Counted from the stretch's first letter, positions 25,380 to 34,280 are shown. The stretch: DNA of 64,000 nucleotides from Candidatus Nomurabacteria bacterium (GCA_023898465.1 CP060223.1:288001-352000); one strand, 5' to 3'. Program-made: numbers and translations. Notes: generated from the sequence alone by a model not told the origin.

Positions 25380-25815
25380 GGATCTTTCGAAGAAATCAAT
25401 AGAGATGGCCTAACCCGCTCTTGGGGTTGAAGTCAACGTTGTTGCATTTCTCGGGTCCCTTTGGGACTCATGCAACCGATCGACAAACTGTTCTTCGGAA
25501 CAGGGGTCTGAGCCAAAACCAGTGTCGTGTACGTTGTACGACGTTGCGACTCTGGGGTTGTGGGGCATGCAGTAGAGTTCCGTACAGAAACTCATCGAGT
25601 AAGAAAATCGAGGGTTGAGAAGCCCCACGATCTCGACTAGCATGTACCCTGGACTTCGGTCCGCTGGGTGTTCGTCCCTTCGTGGTATATCGGCCTTCAT
25701 GGTCGAGCGCACATCCATGGCTAAACAATAGAAAGATCCTTTTGACCAGGACCTAGTCCTGTGCTCTCGAGGGGTGACACCACGTGTGCTCACCCCTCTC
25801 TTTCTTGCTTGTTTT
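25380..25815 (+). ncRNA. candidate ~430-nt structured RNA (function unknown)
   Basis: Candidate promoter TTGACA-16-TATCCT at 25346-25373. Helices at 25441-25476, 25488-25503 (UUCG loop), 25560-25566 paired with 25622-25628, and 25651-25662 (UUCG loop). Terminal 9-bp hairpin at 25769-25798 followed by a T-rich tract. Confidence 0.3.
25769..25815 (+). terminator. hairpin plus T-rich tract (GAGGGGTGA / TCACCCCTC)
   Basis: 9-bp perfect stem, 12-nt loop, then TCTTTCTTGCTTGTTTTC. Confidence 0.45.
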
Positions 25816-25871
25816 CTGCTTCTCGCCTAGACTGACCATAGCTCTTTTGTTTCGTCGATCGAGGAGGGACC

Positions 25872-26051
25872 ATGAGGTTGTTTCTTCTTTGTGTCACCAT
25901 CGTCGCCCTGCCAAGCATGTTTGGCTATGCGGTGCTATGGGCGAGTGCTCGAGGAGCAAAGGCCATCGAGGATGAGCTCCCTGACGACAGGGAAGGGCGG
26001 CGGGCAGCTCATTTGGCCAGATCGCTTGATCCACCTTTTCCTGACTACTAA
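25872..26051 (+). CDS. small orphan membrane/secreted protein (59 aa), below the ORF-track cutoff
   Basis: Translated by hand: MRLFLLCVTIVALPSMFGYAVLWASARGAKAIEDELPDDREGRRAAHLARSLDPPFPDY. SD GAGGAGGGA at 25861-25869. A terminator follows. Confidence 0.45.
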   Translation: MRLFLLCVTIVALPSMFGYAVLWASARGAKAIEDELPDDREGRRAAHLARSLDPPFPDY

Positions 26052-26068
26052 GTCAGGTGCATTCCATT

Positions 26069-26097
26069 GAGACGACTTTGCCCGGAGTCGTCTTTTC
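26069..26097 (+). terminator. rho-independent terminator
   Basis: GACGACT-ttgcccgg-AGTCGTC followed by TTTTC. Confidence 0.65.
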
Positions 26098-26147
26098 ATA
26101 GCGTCTTTTCGAGAAAATTGCTATAGTGGAAGCTGAATTACGGGGGT

Positions 26148-27980
26148 ATGACGCAAAAATTTTCTTCATTAGAAAAAATAGCTGCCCAGCTTCGTTATGA
26201 TGTGCTCACCATGACGTCGCGGGCCGGATCAGGTCATCCATCATCTTGCTTATCCGCAGTCGAGATAATGACTGCTTTGTTTTTTGGAGGAGTATTTCAC
26301 GCTGATCTGACGAAGCCGGAGTATGCGAATAACGACCGACTTATTTTTTCAAAAGGTCATGCTGCTCCATTGCTCTATGCGCTCTACGCAAGTGCAGGTC
26401 AAGTAACGGAAAAAGAGCTGCTGAGTTTGCGTGCGTTCCAAAGTCCGCTGGAGGGGCACCCTAGTCGCGCTTTTCCTTACACTGAGGTGCCGACCGGATC
26501 GCTAGGACAAGGTTTATCCAATGGCATAGGTATGGCTGAGTACGCACACCGTCATCGTTTGTCGTATCACACCTATGTGCTTCTTGGTGACAGTGAAATG
26601 AGTGAAGGTTCAAACTGGGAGGCAATGGAGTATGCGGCCTCGCATAAGTTGAGTGCACTCGTGGCGCTTATTGACCTGAATGATTTAGGTCAAAGCATGC
26701 GCACTCTGCCACTCGCTAAGGCGGAACAATTAGCTGCTCGGATAAAGTCATTTGGATGGCAAGTCTATGTTGTTGATGGGCATACTATCCCACAACTCTT
26801 GTCCGTGTTGAGTAAGGCAAAAAAGAGTCTCCAAAAACCCGTAGCGATTATTGCTCGGACGGTAAAAGGGAAAGGCGTCTCTTTTATCGAGGGGCGTCAA
26901 GGCTGGCATGGAAAAGCGCTGAGCAATGAAGAGCTGGAAAAAGCTTTAAAAGAAATTCCGTATCCAAAAAATAGAGTGCGAGGAAAGCTAGCCCAGCCGC
27001 AGAAAAAATCCCTGCCAGAATCAACAGCACGTCCAGTGCCGAATTGCCAGTACCGTAAGAGCACTTCAGTTTCCACTCGACGGGCGGCTGCCCATGCACT
27101 TGTCCGATTGGCGCCAAAGTATCCGGAGCTGCTTGTCCTAGACACTGAGGTAGGAAACTCAACGCATACGGAAGACTTTGCCGAAGTGTATCCTGAGCGT
27201 TTTTTGCAGTGTGGCATAGCTGAACAAAATGCCGTTGGCATGGTTAATGGCTTAGCGCGTCGCGGCGCTTTACCAGTCTACGCTACCTTTAGCGCCTTTC
27301 TCACACGAGCCTTTGATCAGCTGCGCATGAATCAATACAGCGACACGCGTCAGGTGTATATTGGTACGCATTCGGGTGTTTCTATTGGCGCGGATGGTCC
27401 ATCGCAAATGGGTCTGCAGGACATTGCCATGTTTCGTTCGCTGGAAAAAAGCGTGGTGCTTTATCCATCTGATGCCTTTGCAGCTGAGCGCTTAGTTGAG
27501 GAGGCTATGAAGCAGAGCGGTATGGTCTATATCCGCGCGACCCGGCCTCGAGTACCTATACTGTACAGCGCAGGGACAAAGTTTATTGTCGGCGGCAGTC
27601 AGACTTTGCGTCAAAGTACAAATGATAAACTCACCATTCTCGCCGCTGGCATCACTGTGTTTGAGGCATTAAAAGCTGCTGATGCATTAGCTGGCAGGGG
27701 CGTTAAGGTGCGAGTGATCGACCTCTATAGTGTGAAGCCGCTTGATGTGTCAACCTTACGCAAGGCGGCTAAGCAAACGAAAGCCTTCATCGTTGTAGAG
27801 GATCATAACCCTGAGGGCGGTATTGCCGAAGCAGTGCGTAGTGCTTTTATCCAATGCCCAGTACCCATCTATAGCCTAGCGGTGCAAAAACGACCCAAGA
27901 GCGGAACGCCAGAAGAACTTTTAAAATATTGCAATATTGATGCCAGTGCCATACTTCGTAAAGCGCAGACACTCATATGA
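26148..27980 (+). CDS. tkt: transketolase (single-chain, 610 aa)
   Basis: N-terminal TPP domain (GSGHPSSCLSAVEIMTALFF, GSLGQGLS, GDSEMSEGSNWEA), then Pyr and C-terminal domains. Confidence 0.9.
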   Translation: MTQKFSSLEKIAAQLRYDVLTMTSRAGSGHPSSCLSAVEIMTALFFGGVFHADLTKPEYANNDRLIFSKGHAAPLLYALYASAGQVTEKELLSLRAFQSPLEGHPSRAFPYTEVPTGSLGQGLSNGIGMAEYAHRHRLSYHTYVLLGDSEMSEGSNWEAMEYAASHKLSALVALIDLNDLGQSMRTLPLAKAEQLAARIKSFGWQVYVVDGHTIPQLLSVLSKAKKSLQKPVAIIARTVKGKGVSFIEGRQGWHGKALSNEELEKALKEIPYPKNRVRGKLAQPQKKSLPESTARPVPNCQYRKSTSVSTRRAAAHALVRLAPKYPELLVLDTEVGNSTHTEDFAEVYPERFLQCGIAEQNAVGMVNGLARRGALPVYATFSAFLTRAFDQLRMNQYSDTRQVYIGTHSGVSIGADGPSQMGLQDIAMFRSLEKSVVLYPSDAFAAERLVEEAMKQSGMVYIRATRPRVPILYSAGTKFIVGGSQTLRQSTNDKLTILAAGITVFEALKAADALAGRGVKVRVIDLYSVKPLDVSTLRKAAKQTKAFIVVEDHNPEGGIAEAVRSAFIQCPVPIYSLAVQKRPKSGTPEELLKYCNIDASAILRKAQTLI

Positions 27981-28807
27981 ATATAGTTTTTGACATTGGT
28001 GGTACAAACATTCGCATTGCGCGAGTAAAAGGCACTCGCCTTGATCGAATTGAGAAATTTTCCACTCCCTCAAAGCCACAAGCTGCATTTACCTTGATGG
28101 TAAAGCACATTGATGCGCTTCGAGGTGAGGAAAAAGTCACACGGATTATCGGTGGCGTACCCGGGTCAGTGGATAGTACACGTCAACAGTTAGTCCGGGC
28201 AGCTAATTTAACGCAATGGAAAAAATTCGCCCTGGGAAAAAAACTTGCCCAGCATTATTCCGCTCGTGTACAACTTTATAATGATGCTGATCTCGCAGGA
28301 TTAGGTGAAGCATATTATGGCGCGGGAAAAGGCAAAGAAGTGTTTGCTTACCTTACCCTGAGCACCGGCATCGGCGGCACGAGAATCGTGAAAGGGAAAA
28401 TTGACCAGGCAAGTGGAACATTTGAACCTGGACACCACGTGATAGATGCTGCAACTGTCCTTCGGAAGGGCCCACGGTCAGAAGGCTATTGGGAAAAATT
28501 CGTTTCTGGTTCAGCTCTGCAGCGCCGCTTCCATAACCCAGCTGAAAAAATACATGATGCCAAAGTGTGGCAGGAATTTCATGCATATATTGCCCTGGGT
28601 TTGGTCAACGTCAGTATTTTTTGGTCACCGGAGGCCATAGTCTTAGGTGGCGCGCTTATGCAGAATACGCACGTTTCCATATCCCGTTTGCAAAAACTTT
28701 TACAAAAGTATTATTACATTTCCAGTCCTACACCCAAGCTCATCCGAGGCAAGTTAGGGGATAGAGCGGGCTTGTATGGCGCAATGAGTTTACTTCGTCA
28801 TATTTAA
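27977..28807 (+). CDS. ROK-family sugar kinase (glucokinase-like)
   Basis: ATGA overlap with tkt. IVFDIGGTNIRIA start and TLSTGIGG motif. Confidence 0.75.
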   Translation: MNIVFDIGGTNIRIARVKGTRLDRIEKFSTPSKPQAAFTLMVKHIDALRGEEKVTRIIGGVPGSVDSTRQQLVRAANLTQWKKFALGKKLAQHYSARVQLYNDADLAGLGEAYYGAGKGKEVFAYLTLSTGIGGTRIVKGKIDQASGTFEPGHHVIDAATVLRKGPRSEGYWEKFVSGSALQRRFHNPAEKIHDAKVWQEFHAYIALGLVNVSIFWSPEAIVLGGALMQNTHVSISRLQKLLQKYYYISSPTPKLIRGKLGDRAGLYGAMSLLRHI

Positions 28808-28816
28808 GGAGCGTAT

Positions 28817-29251
28817 ATGCTTTATCTCGCATCCGACCACGGTGGATATCAACTCAAAGAGAAGTTAAAAAAACAATTAGGCAAGGCAAATATTTCTTTT
28901 GTCGACTTGGGTGCAAAAACAGTGAAGCCGGATGATGATTATCCCATCATTACCAAGCAGCTGGCCGAGGCGGTGGCAAAGTCCTCGAAGCATCAGGGCA
29001 TACTGGTCTGTCGATCTGGTACTGGGGTGTGCATTGCCGCGAATAAGATGAAAAAGATTCGAGCAGTGGCAGCGGGCGATGCGTGGACAGCCAGACGCGG
29101 CAAACGCGATGAAAATGCAAACGTGCTTTGTCTAGGATCTGAGCATCCTAATGCGGCCCAGAGCTGGAGCATTGTCCAGGCTTGGTTAAAGCAAGCATTT
29201 CGTAATAGCACTCGGGATAAGCGTCGCCTCATTCAGATAAGTACTTTGTAA
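28817..29251 (+). CDS. rpiB: ribose-5-phosphate isomerase B
   Basis: LYLASDHGGYQLKEKL, GILVCRSGTGVCIAANK. Confidence 0.88.
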   Translation: MLYLASDHGGYQLKEKLKKQLGKANISFVDLGAKTVKPDDDYPIITKQLAEAVAKSSKHQGILVCRSGTGVCIAANKMKKIRAVAAGDAWTARRGKRDENANVLCLGSEHPNAAQSWSIVQAWLKQAFRNSTRDKRRLIQISTL

Positions 29252-29890
29252 ATGGCGAAGGTCCTGCTTACTCCATCAATTCTCACTGCCTCGATCGCGG
29301 TTGCGCAAAAGCAAGTAAAACTTTTTCATAGCTTTTGCCCTCGACTGCACTTGGATTTAATGGACGGCGTCTTTGTTGCGCAGCGATCATTCAGTCCGAA
29401 GCAGCTCATGAAGCTGCGTTTGCCGCGGCAGACAAGTGCGCATTTAATGGTGCATGATCCCAGCGAATGGATGAGCCAAGGGGTGCAGGCGGGGATTCGT
29501 AGTTTTATCTTACATACCAGCTCTGACTTCACTCCAGTCTTGTTACGCGAGTTGTCTGCGCAATATACATTGCGTCTGGCTGTCCGGCCGGGCGTTTCCT
29601 TGAGCGAGGTGAAGAAGCTGGCCAAGTATGCAAAAGGTCTACATGTGATGACAGTTGAGCCGGGCCGTCAGGGTGGACCCTTTTTGCCTGCTCAGATAAG
29701 CGTGCTGAGGCGTTTGCGTAAGCTTTATCCGCGCATGTCGATCAGCGTAGATGGACACATGAATGCTGATACCATACCACTCGCCGTTGAGGCAGGGGCA
29801 AACGAGATCATTTTAGGTTCAGTATTGACTCGGTCTCGTGAGCCAAAGAAAGTGTTTCACGCTTTGCAAAAAATAGCCCAGGCAGTTTAG
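29252..29890 (+). CDS. rpe: ribulose-phosphate 3-epimerase
   Basis: PSILTAS...LHLDLMDGVFV, MTVEPG, VDG...GANEIILGS. ATG abuts the rpiB stop. Confidence 0.8.
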   Translation: MAKVLLTPSILTASIAVAQKQVKLFHSFCPRLHLDLMDGVFVAQRSFSPKQLMKLRLPRQTSAHLMVHDPSEWMSQGVQAGIRSFILHTSSDFTPVLLRELSAQYTLRLAVRPGVSLSEVKKLAKYAKGLHVMTVEPGRQGGPFLPAQISVLRRLRKLYPRMSISVDGHMNADTIPLAVEAGANEIILGSVLTRSREPKKVFHALQKIAQAV

Positions 29891-29932
29891 GAGATTGCGC
29901 CGCCGGCAGACTTCCAGTATAGTAGCCACTGT

Positions 29933-31807
29933 ATGAACGCCCAGTCTATTCGTAAGGAATTTCTAGAATATTTTGCGTCCAAAGGTCACGCGGTAGTGCC
30001 CTCATCTTCGCTCATACCAGATAATGATGCGTCAGTATTGCTGACCACGGCTGGAATGCAACAGTTTAAGCCATACTTCTTAGGGCAGCGTGATCCTAAA
30101 GAAGACTTTGGTGCGAATCGTCTTTGCTCGGTACAGAAGTGTTATCGCACGAGTGATATTGAGCCGGTCGGCGATGCCTCGCATCACACCTTTTTTGAAA
30201 TGCTGGGTAACTTCGCCATGCATGATTATTTTAAACCCGAAGCAATTGCTTTTGCCTGGGAGTTTCTGACCAAGAAAATGCACCTCCACAAGGATCGACT
30301 TTGGGCAACCTATTATGCCGGAGACGAGTTGGTGGGTGAGGATAGTGAGGCGGCAAAGCTATGGGAAGAGTATTTACCAAAAGAACGCATCCAGGGCTTT
30401 GGTCGCGATGCCAACTGGTGGGGTCCACCAGGTAATACCGGGTCTTGCGGTCCTTGCGCTGAGCTGCACTATGACATGACGGAAAAGGCCTGTGCCCTGG
30501 GAGAACAGTGTAAGCCAAACTGTGCCTGCGGTCGTTTCGTAGAGCTCTGGAATCTTGTGTTCACGGAGTACGAAAAAAATGAGAAAGGCGAATTCACTCC
30601 TTTGCCAACCAAGAATATTGATACCGGCATGGGTTTAGAGCGCCTGGCGACCGTTGTCCAAAAAAAGCAGAGCAACTACGAAACAGATTTATTTGCACCA
30701 ATTTTCGAGTTTCTAGAAAAAGACGAACACTTTGGTCAATTGGAATTTGCTTCAGAGAATTTGAAGCGCATGCGTATTGTGGCTGATCATATTCGAGGCG
30801 CGGTTTTCTTATTAGCTGATGGTGTGCGCTTTAGTAATAAGGATCGGGGATATGTGTTGCGTCGTGTGGTCCGTCGAGCAATTGATCAGTATGCATCGCT
30901 TGAACTTACTTTTGCCGGCATTGTTGAAACGATAGTGAGCATGTACGAAATGCCATATCCGTACTTGCGAGAGCATCAGTCAGAAATAGTGAGCTTGTTG
31001 GAAAAAGAGCTCGAAGGCTACCGTCGAGTATTAAAAGCTGATGTCACGGTGGTGTATAAGAAAGTGCAGAAGCAGCTTGGGTCGCAAGAGCTTGAAGAAA
31101 TGACAGAGCGGACACCGAGCGAACGGGACATAAGTGCTGAAGAAGCTTTTCGACTATTTACTAGCTACGGCTTTTCACCTGATCGATTAAAGAAAGAGGG
31201 CTATCGTTTTGATGAGGCAGCCTTCCAAGAGTTTCTCAAGCAGCATCAGGATGTTTCACGATCGCAGTCAGGGAAGGTGACTGGATTCCATGGAGGTTTA
31301 GCAGACACCAAGCCAAACACTGTGCGCGGGCATACTGCAACACACTTACTCCAAGCGGCTTTGCGTGAAGTGCTGGGGAATCATGTGGCACAAAAGGGAA
31401 GTAATATCACTACTGAACGCGTGCGTTTTGACTTCCTGCATCCTGATAAAATGACACCTGAGCAGATTCAGCAAGTTGAGCAGATTGTGAATGAAAAGAT
31501 CAAGGCGGATTTACCGGTCTATAAGAAGTGGTACACGGTAGCTGAAGCCAAAGAGATTGGCGCCTTAGGTTTATTTGAAGAGCGCTACGGCGATAAGGTG
31601 TCAGTATATTTAATGGGAAGTGAAGATCCGGCAAAAGTTTTTTCAAAAGAGTTTTGTGGAGGCCCTCACGTTGCGCACACCGGCTTAATCGGCAGCTTTA
31701 AAATAAGCAAGGAAGAATCTTCTAGTGCTGGGGTGCGCCGTATTAAAGCCTTGGTGGGGGAGAGTCTTGACCCTTCTTTGGCTGGAAAAGAAATCGAAAC
31801 GCTCTAA
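29933..31807 (+). CDS. alaS: alanyl-tRNA synthetase, short form (624 aa, no C-Ala domain)
   Basis: IRKEFLEYFASKGH, TTAGMQQFKPYF, WGPPGNTGSCGPCAELHYD. Editing domain has HTATHLL and CGGPHV. The protein ends just after GVRRIKALVGE. Confidence 0.92.
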   Translation: MNAQSIRKEFLEYFASKGHAVVPSSSLIPDNDASVLLTTAGMQQFKPYFLGQRDPKEDFGANRLCSVQKCYRTSDIEPVGDASHHTFFEMLGNFAMHDYFKPEAIAFAWEFLTKKMHLHKDRLWATYYAGDELVGEDSEAAKLWEEYLPKERIQGFGRDANWWGPPGNTGSCGPCAELHYDMTEKACALGEQCKPNCACGRFVELWNLVFTEYEKNEKGEFTPLPTKNIDTGMGLERLATVVQKKQSNYETDLFAPIFEFLEKDEHFGQLEFASENLKRMRIVADHIRGAVFLLADGVRFSNKDRGYVLRRVVRRAIDQYASLELTFAGIVETIVSMYEMPYPYLREHQSEIVSLLEKELEGYRRVLKADVTVVYKKVQKQLGSQELEEMTERTPSERDISAEEAFRLFTSYGFSPDRLKKEGYRFDEAAFQEFLKQHQDVSRSQSGKVTGFHGGLADTKPNTVRGHTATHLLQAALREVLGNHVAQKGSNITTERVRFDFLHPDKMTPEQIQQVEQIVNEKIKADLPVYKKWYTVAEAKEIGALGLFEERYGDKVSVYLMGSEDPAKVFSKEFCGGPHVAHTGLIGSFKISKEESSSAGVRRIKALVGESLDPSLAGKEIETL

Positions 31808-31827
31808 ATTTTTTCTTAAGAAAAAGT

Positions 31828-31849
31828 AAGCCCTCCCAAGGGCTTTTTT
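31828..31849 (+). terminator. rho-independent terminator of alaS
   Basis: AAGCCCT-ccca-AGGGCTT followed by TTTTT. Confidence 0.75.
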
Positions 31850-31852
31850 GTA

Positions 31853-31880
31853 TTGACGAAACCATTTTAAGTGATAAAAT
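31853..31880 (+). promoter_or_regulatory. sigma70-type promoter upstream of ssb leader
   Basis: TTGACG, 16-nt spacer, TAAAAT. Lies about 190 nt upstream of the ssb ATG. Confidence 0.6.
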
Positions 31881-31891
31881 ACTTGCGTAAT

Positions 31892-32005
31892 AAGCCGTCG
31901 CATATAAAGCGCGACGGCGCACAAAAAAGAAATATTCGCTCTCTTACAAAGTTCTCAAAACATTTATTACAAAATCCGCGCCGTCGCAATGTGAGCGCCG
32001 TCGCA
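31892..32005 (+). promoter_or_regulatory. repeated GCGCCGTCGCA boxes in the ssb leader
   Basis: AAGCCGTCGCA at 31892-31902. Inverted copy GCGACGGCGC at 31911-31920. Exact GCGCCGTCGCA at 31978-31988 and again at 31995-32005. Confidence 0.5.
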
Positions 32006-32070
32006 GGTGAATGTGGAAAAGTATTTTTTCTTTCAACGCATACGACAAAGGTGGCATGAAAGGAGTTCAC

Positions 32071-32481
32071 ATGGACGTGAACAAAGTAACTTTGATCGGG
32101 AATTTAGTCCGCGATCCCGAGGCGAGAAATTTACCGAGCGGACAGGCGATTAGCACTTTTTCACTCGCCACAAACTATAGCTGGCGAGACATTAAAACAA
32201 AGAGTCGCAAGGAGTCAACTGAATTTCATGACATTGTTGCCTGGGGAAAATTGGGCGAAATCATCCAGCAGTACGTGAAAAAGGGCAGCAAAGTATATAT
32301 CGAAGGTCGCCTCCACCGTCGTTCTTGGGAAGATAAGGCAAAACAAAAGCATTATCGAACCGAGGTAGTTGCAGAAAATTTGGTCATGCTAGGTCATCGT
32401 AGTGCAAAGACAAAAGAAGTTGAACCAACCGAGTTACCAAAAGATGAGGTCAGTGTAGAAGAAATCCCCGTTACCGCTTAA
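32071..32481 (+). CDS. ssb: single-stranded DNA-binding protein
   Basis: SD AAAGGAG. NKVTLIGNLVRDPE...FHDIVAWGKLGE...VYIEGRL OB fold. The C-terminal tail ends EEIPVTA rather than the usual DDDIPF. Confidence 0.9.
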   Translation: MDVNKVTLIGNLVRDPEARNLPSGQAISTFSLATNYSWRDIKTKSRKESTEFHDIVAWGKLGEIIQQYVKKGSKVYIEGRLHRRSWEDKAKQKHYRTEVVAENLVMLGHRSAKTKEVEPTELPKDEVSVEEIPVTA

Positions 32482-32769
32482 GCTCTTTACACTCGAGAAG
32501 TTTGAACAAGCGTTCAGGCTTCTCGTCCGCTCAGCATGTGCGATCACTTGATGGTTCCTTTAAATTTTGATCGCCACCAAAATTTGTCTGCTATCAAGCG
32601 GCTGCTATGTTGAGTGGACGAGAGGTTAATTCTCTTCTTATGCAAATCATTTACTCCATCATTTCTATACTTATTCTCTGTGTTTTGGGAATCATTTTCC
32701 GAGTGCTTACTTGGACAGAGGAAGAAAACTAATTGTCTTTGTTGTAAGACTTTAGGTGTCTGTAGAAAA

Positions 32770-32961
32770 ATGAACAAAGCTACACTAATAAAAGGATTAC
32801 TACGTTTTGGTGCGAGCAGCTTATTACTCTCAGGGTATTATTTTCATATTTTTTCTACCGATAGCATATTGGTTGACTTAGTCGTTCCTCTTGCTACTTT
32901 TATCTTTGCCGTCTTTTTGATTGATAAAGGTGTAGATAGAGCTTTCAGAAAACTCAACTAA
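32770..32961 (+). CDS. small membrane protein (63 aa)
   Basis: Internal ATG of ORF 32614-32961. Two TM helices. Confidence 0.4.
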   Translation: MNKATLIKGLLRFGASSLLLSGYYFHIFSTDSILVDLVVPLATFIFAVFLIDKGVDRAFRKLN

Positions 32962-33054
32962 AAATGGGGGAAAGAACGCCTAAGCGTTTCTTCCCCACAC
33001 TCCAATAGAGAGAATGCTGCAGCGCGGTTGCTACGTCAACGCCTGATTTTTAGC

Positions 33055-33083
33055 TTGGAAAAGTTAGAAAAAAATGGTATACT
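33055..33083 (+). promoter_or_regulatory. sigma70-type promoter of the pgk-eno-gpmI block
   Basis: TTGGAA, 17-nt spacer ending in TGG, then TATACT. Lies 12 nt before the pgk ATG. Confidence 0.55.
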
Positions 33084-33095
33084 AAGATCGAAGAA

Positions 33096-34280
33096 ATGAA
33101 ACTTCGATCTCATCGACAAGCAAAATATAAAGACAAGGTCGTGCTCTATCGCGCGACCTATGATATTACCCTAGCAAAACGAGGAAACGCCTGGGTGGTG
33201 CCGGATGATACCCGCATTCGGGAAACTTTGCCGTCTTTGCGTTGGATATTGAAGCAAAAACCCCGGGCAGTGGTAATTCTCACCTGGCTGGGTCGCCCAA
33301 AACGAAGCGGCGACCCGCAATATAAGCTTGATCCTGTAGCAAAGCGCTTAAGCTCACTGCTACATAAGCCAGTGAAGAAACTTGATCAGACCGTGGGTCC
33401 AAAGGTGCAAGAAGTCATTGAAGACGCAAAAGCGGGCAGTATACTTATGCTTGAAAATGTGCGCTTTGAAAAAGGTGAGGAAAATAATTCAACTGCCTTT
33501 GCAAAGGCGCTCGCCGCTAACGCCGATATAATGGTAAATGATGCTTTTGGTCAGTGTCATCGCAATGTGCCTTCCATTGTCGGCGTGCAAAAGTATTTAC
33601 CCTCATTTGCCGGACCTTTGCTTGAAAAAGAGGTAGAAATGCTTGACCTAGTGCGTAAAAAACCGAAGCGCCCACTGGTGGCGATTATGGGCGGTGTAAA
33701 AATTGGTACACGCATCGGGTTAATTAAATATTATCTTAAGCACGTTGATTACTTGTTGCTTGGTGGCGCCTTATCAAACACAATCCTGGCCGTGAAGGGT
33801 GTGCAGATTGGTAAATCTGTACAGGAGCCAGGCGTTCGTTCCGTGGTGCGTGGCCTCAATCTCATGAACAAAAAACTATATATTCCAATTGATGTGGTAA
33901 CCTCTACTGACGCAAAAGGAAAGGGATCTTTGCATCGACGACCAGTTGGCCGGGTAAGTAAGAATGAGTACATACTTGATATTGGTCCTGATACCGTAGC
34001 GCTTTTTTCTTCTATTATTCGAAAAGCTCGAATGATAGTATGGAATGGACCTCTTGGTTATACTGAAAATAAGCGCTTTGCGTACGGTACACGTTCGATA
34101 GCGCTAGAAATGGCAAAAGGTAAGGGCGAAACAATTGTAGGCGGAGGCGACACGCTTGCCATCTTGTCTCAGTCTCATCTTTTATCAAAATACGATCATG
34201 TCTGCACGGCTGGAGGGGCCATGCTGACTTACCTTGAATACGGGACACTCCCGGGTCTTAAACCACTTTTTACTCGTTAA
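33096..34280 (+). CDS. pgk: phosphoglycerate kinase
   Basis: VLYRATYDI, RIRETLPSL, NDAFGQCHR, GGGDT motifs. Confidence 0.92.
   Translation: MKLRSHRQAKYKDKVVLYRATYDITLAKRGNAWVVPDDTRIRETLPSLRWILKQKPRAVVILTWLGRPKRSGDPQYKLDPVAKRLSSLLHKPVKKLDQTVGPKVQEVIEDAKAGSILMLENVRFEKGEENNSTAFAKALAANADIMVNDAFGQCHRNVPSIVGVQKYLPSFAGPLLEKEVEMLDLVRKKPKRPLVAIMGGVKIGTRIGLIKYYLKHVDYLLLGGALSNTILAVKGVQIGKSVQEPGVRSVVRGLNLMNKKLYIPIDVVTSTDAKGKGSLHRRPVGRVSKNEYILDIGPDTVALFSSIIRKARMIVWNGPLGYTENKRFAYGTRSIALEMAKGKGETIVGGGDTLAILSQSHLLSKYDHVCTAGGAMLTYLEYGTLPGLKPLFTR

Noticed and set aside
25410-25793. A 127-aa minus-strand ORF (GTG start) as a protein-coding gene.
   Set aside because: Not called. The GTG abuts its only purine run, and the internal ATGs lack an SD. 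Two other ORFs overlap it. The DNA carries many stable hairpins, including two UUCG loops, and a + strand terminator. A real small protein cannot be excluded without homologues.
25400-25830. A conventional tmRNA or SRP RNA in the GC-rich segment. GGGGTTGAAGTCAACG superficially resembles a tmRNA 5' end.
   Set aside because: The GGGGTTGA...TCAAC is a local hairpin. There is no GGTTCGA-type T arm, no complementary ...CAACCCC-ACCA 3' end and no SRP helix-8 GGAA/AGCAGCC motif.
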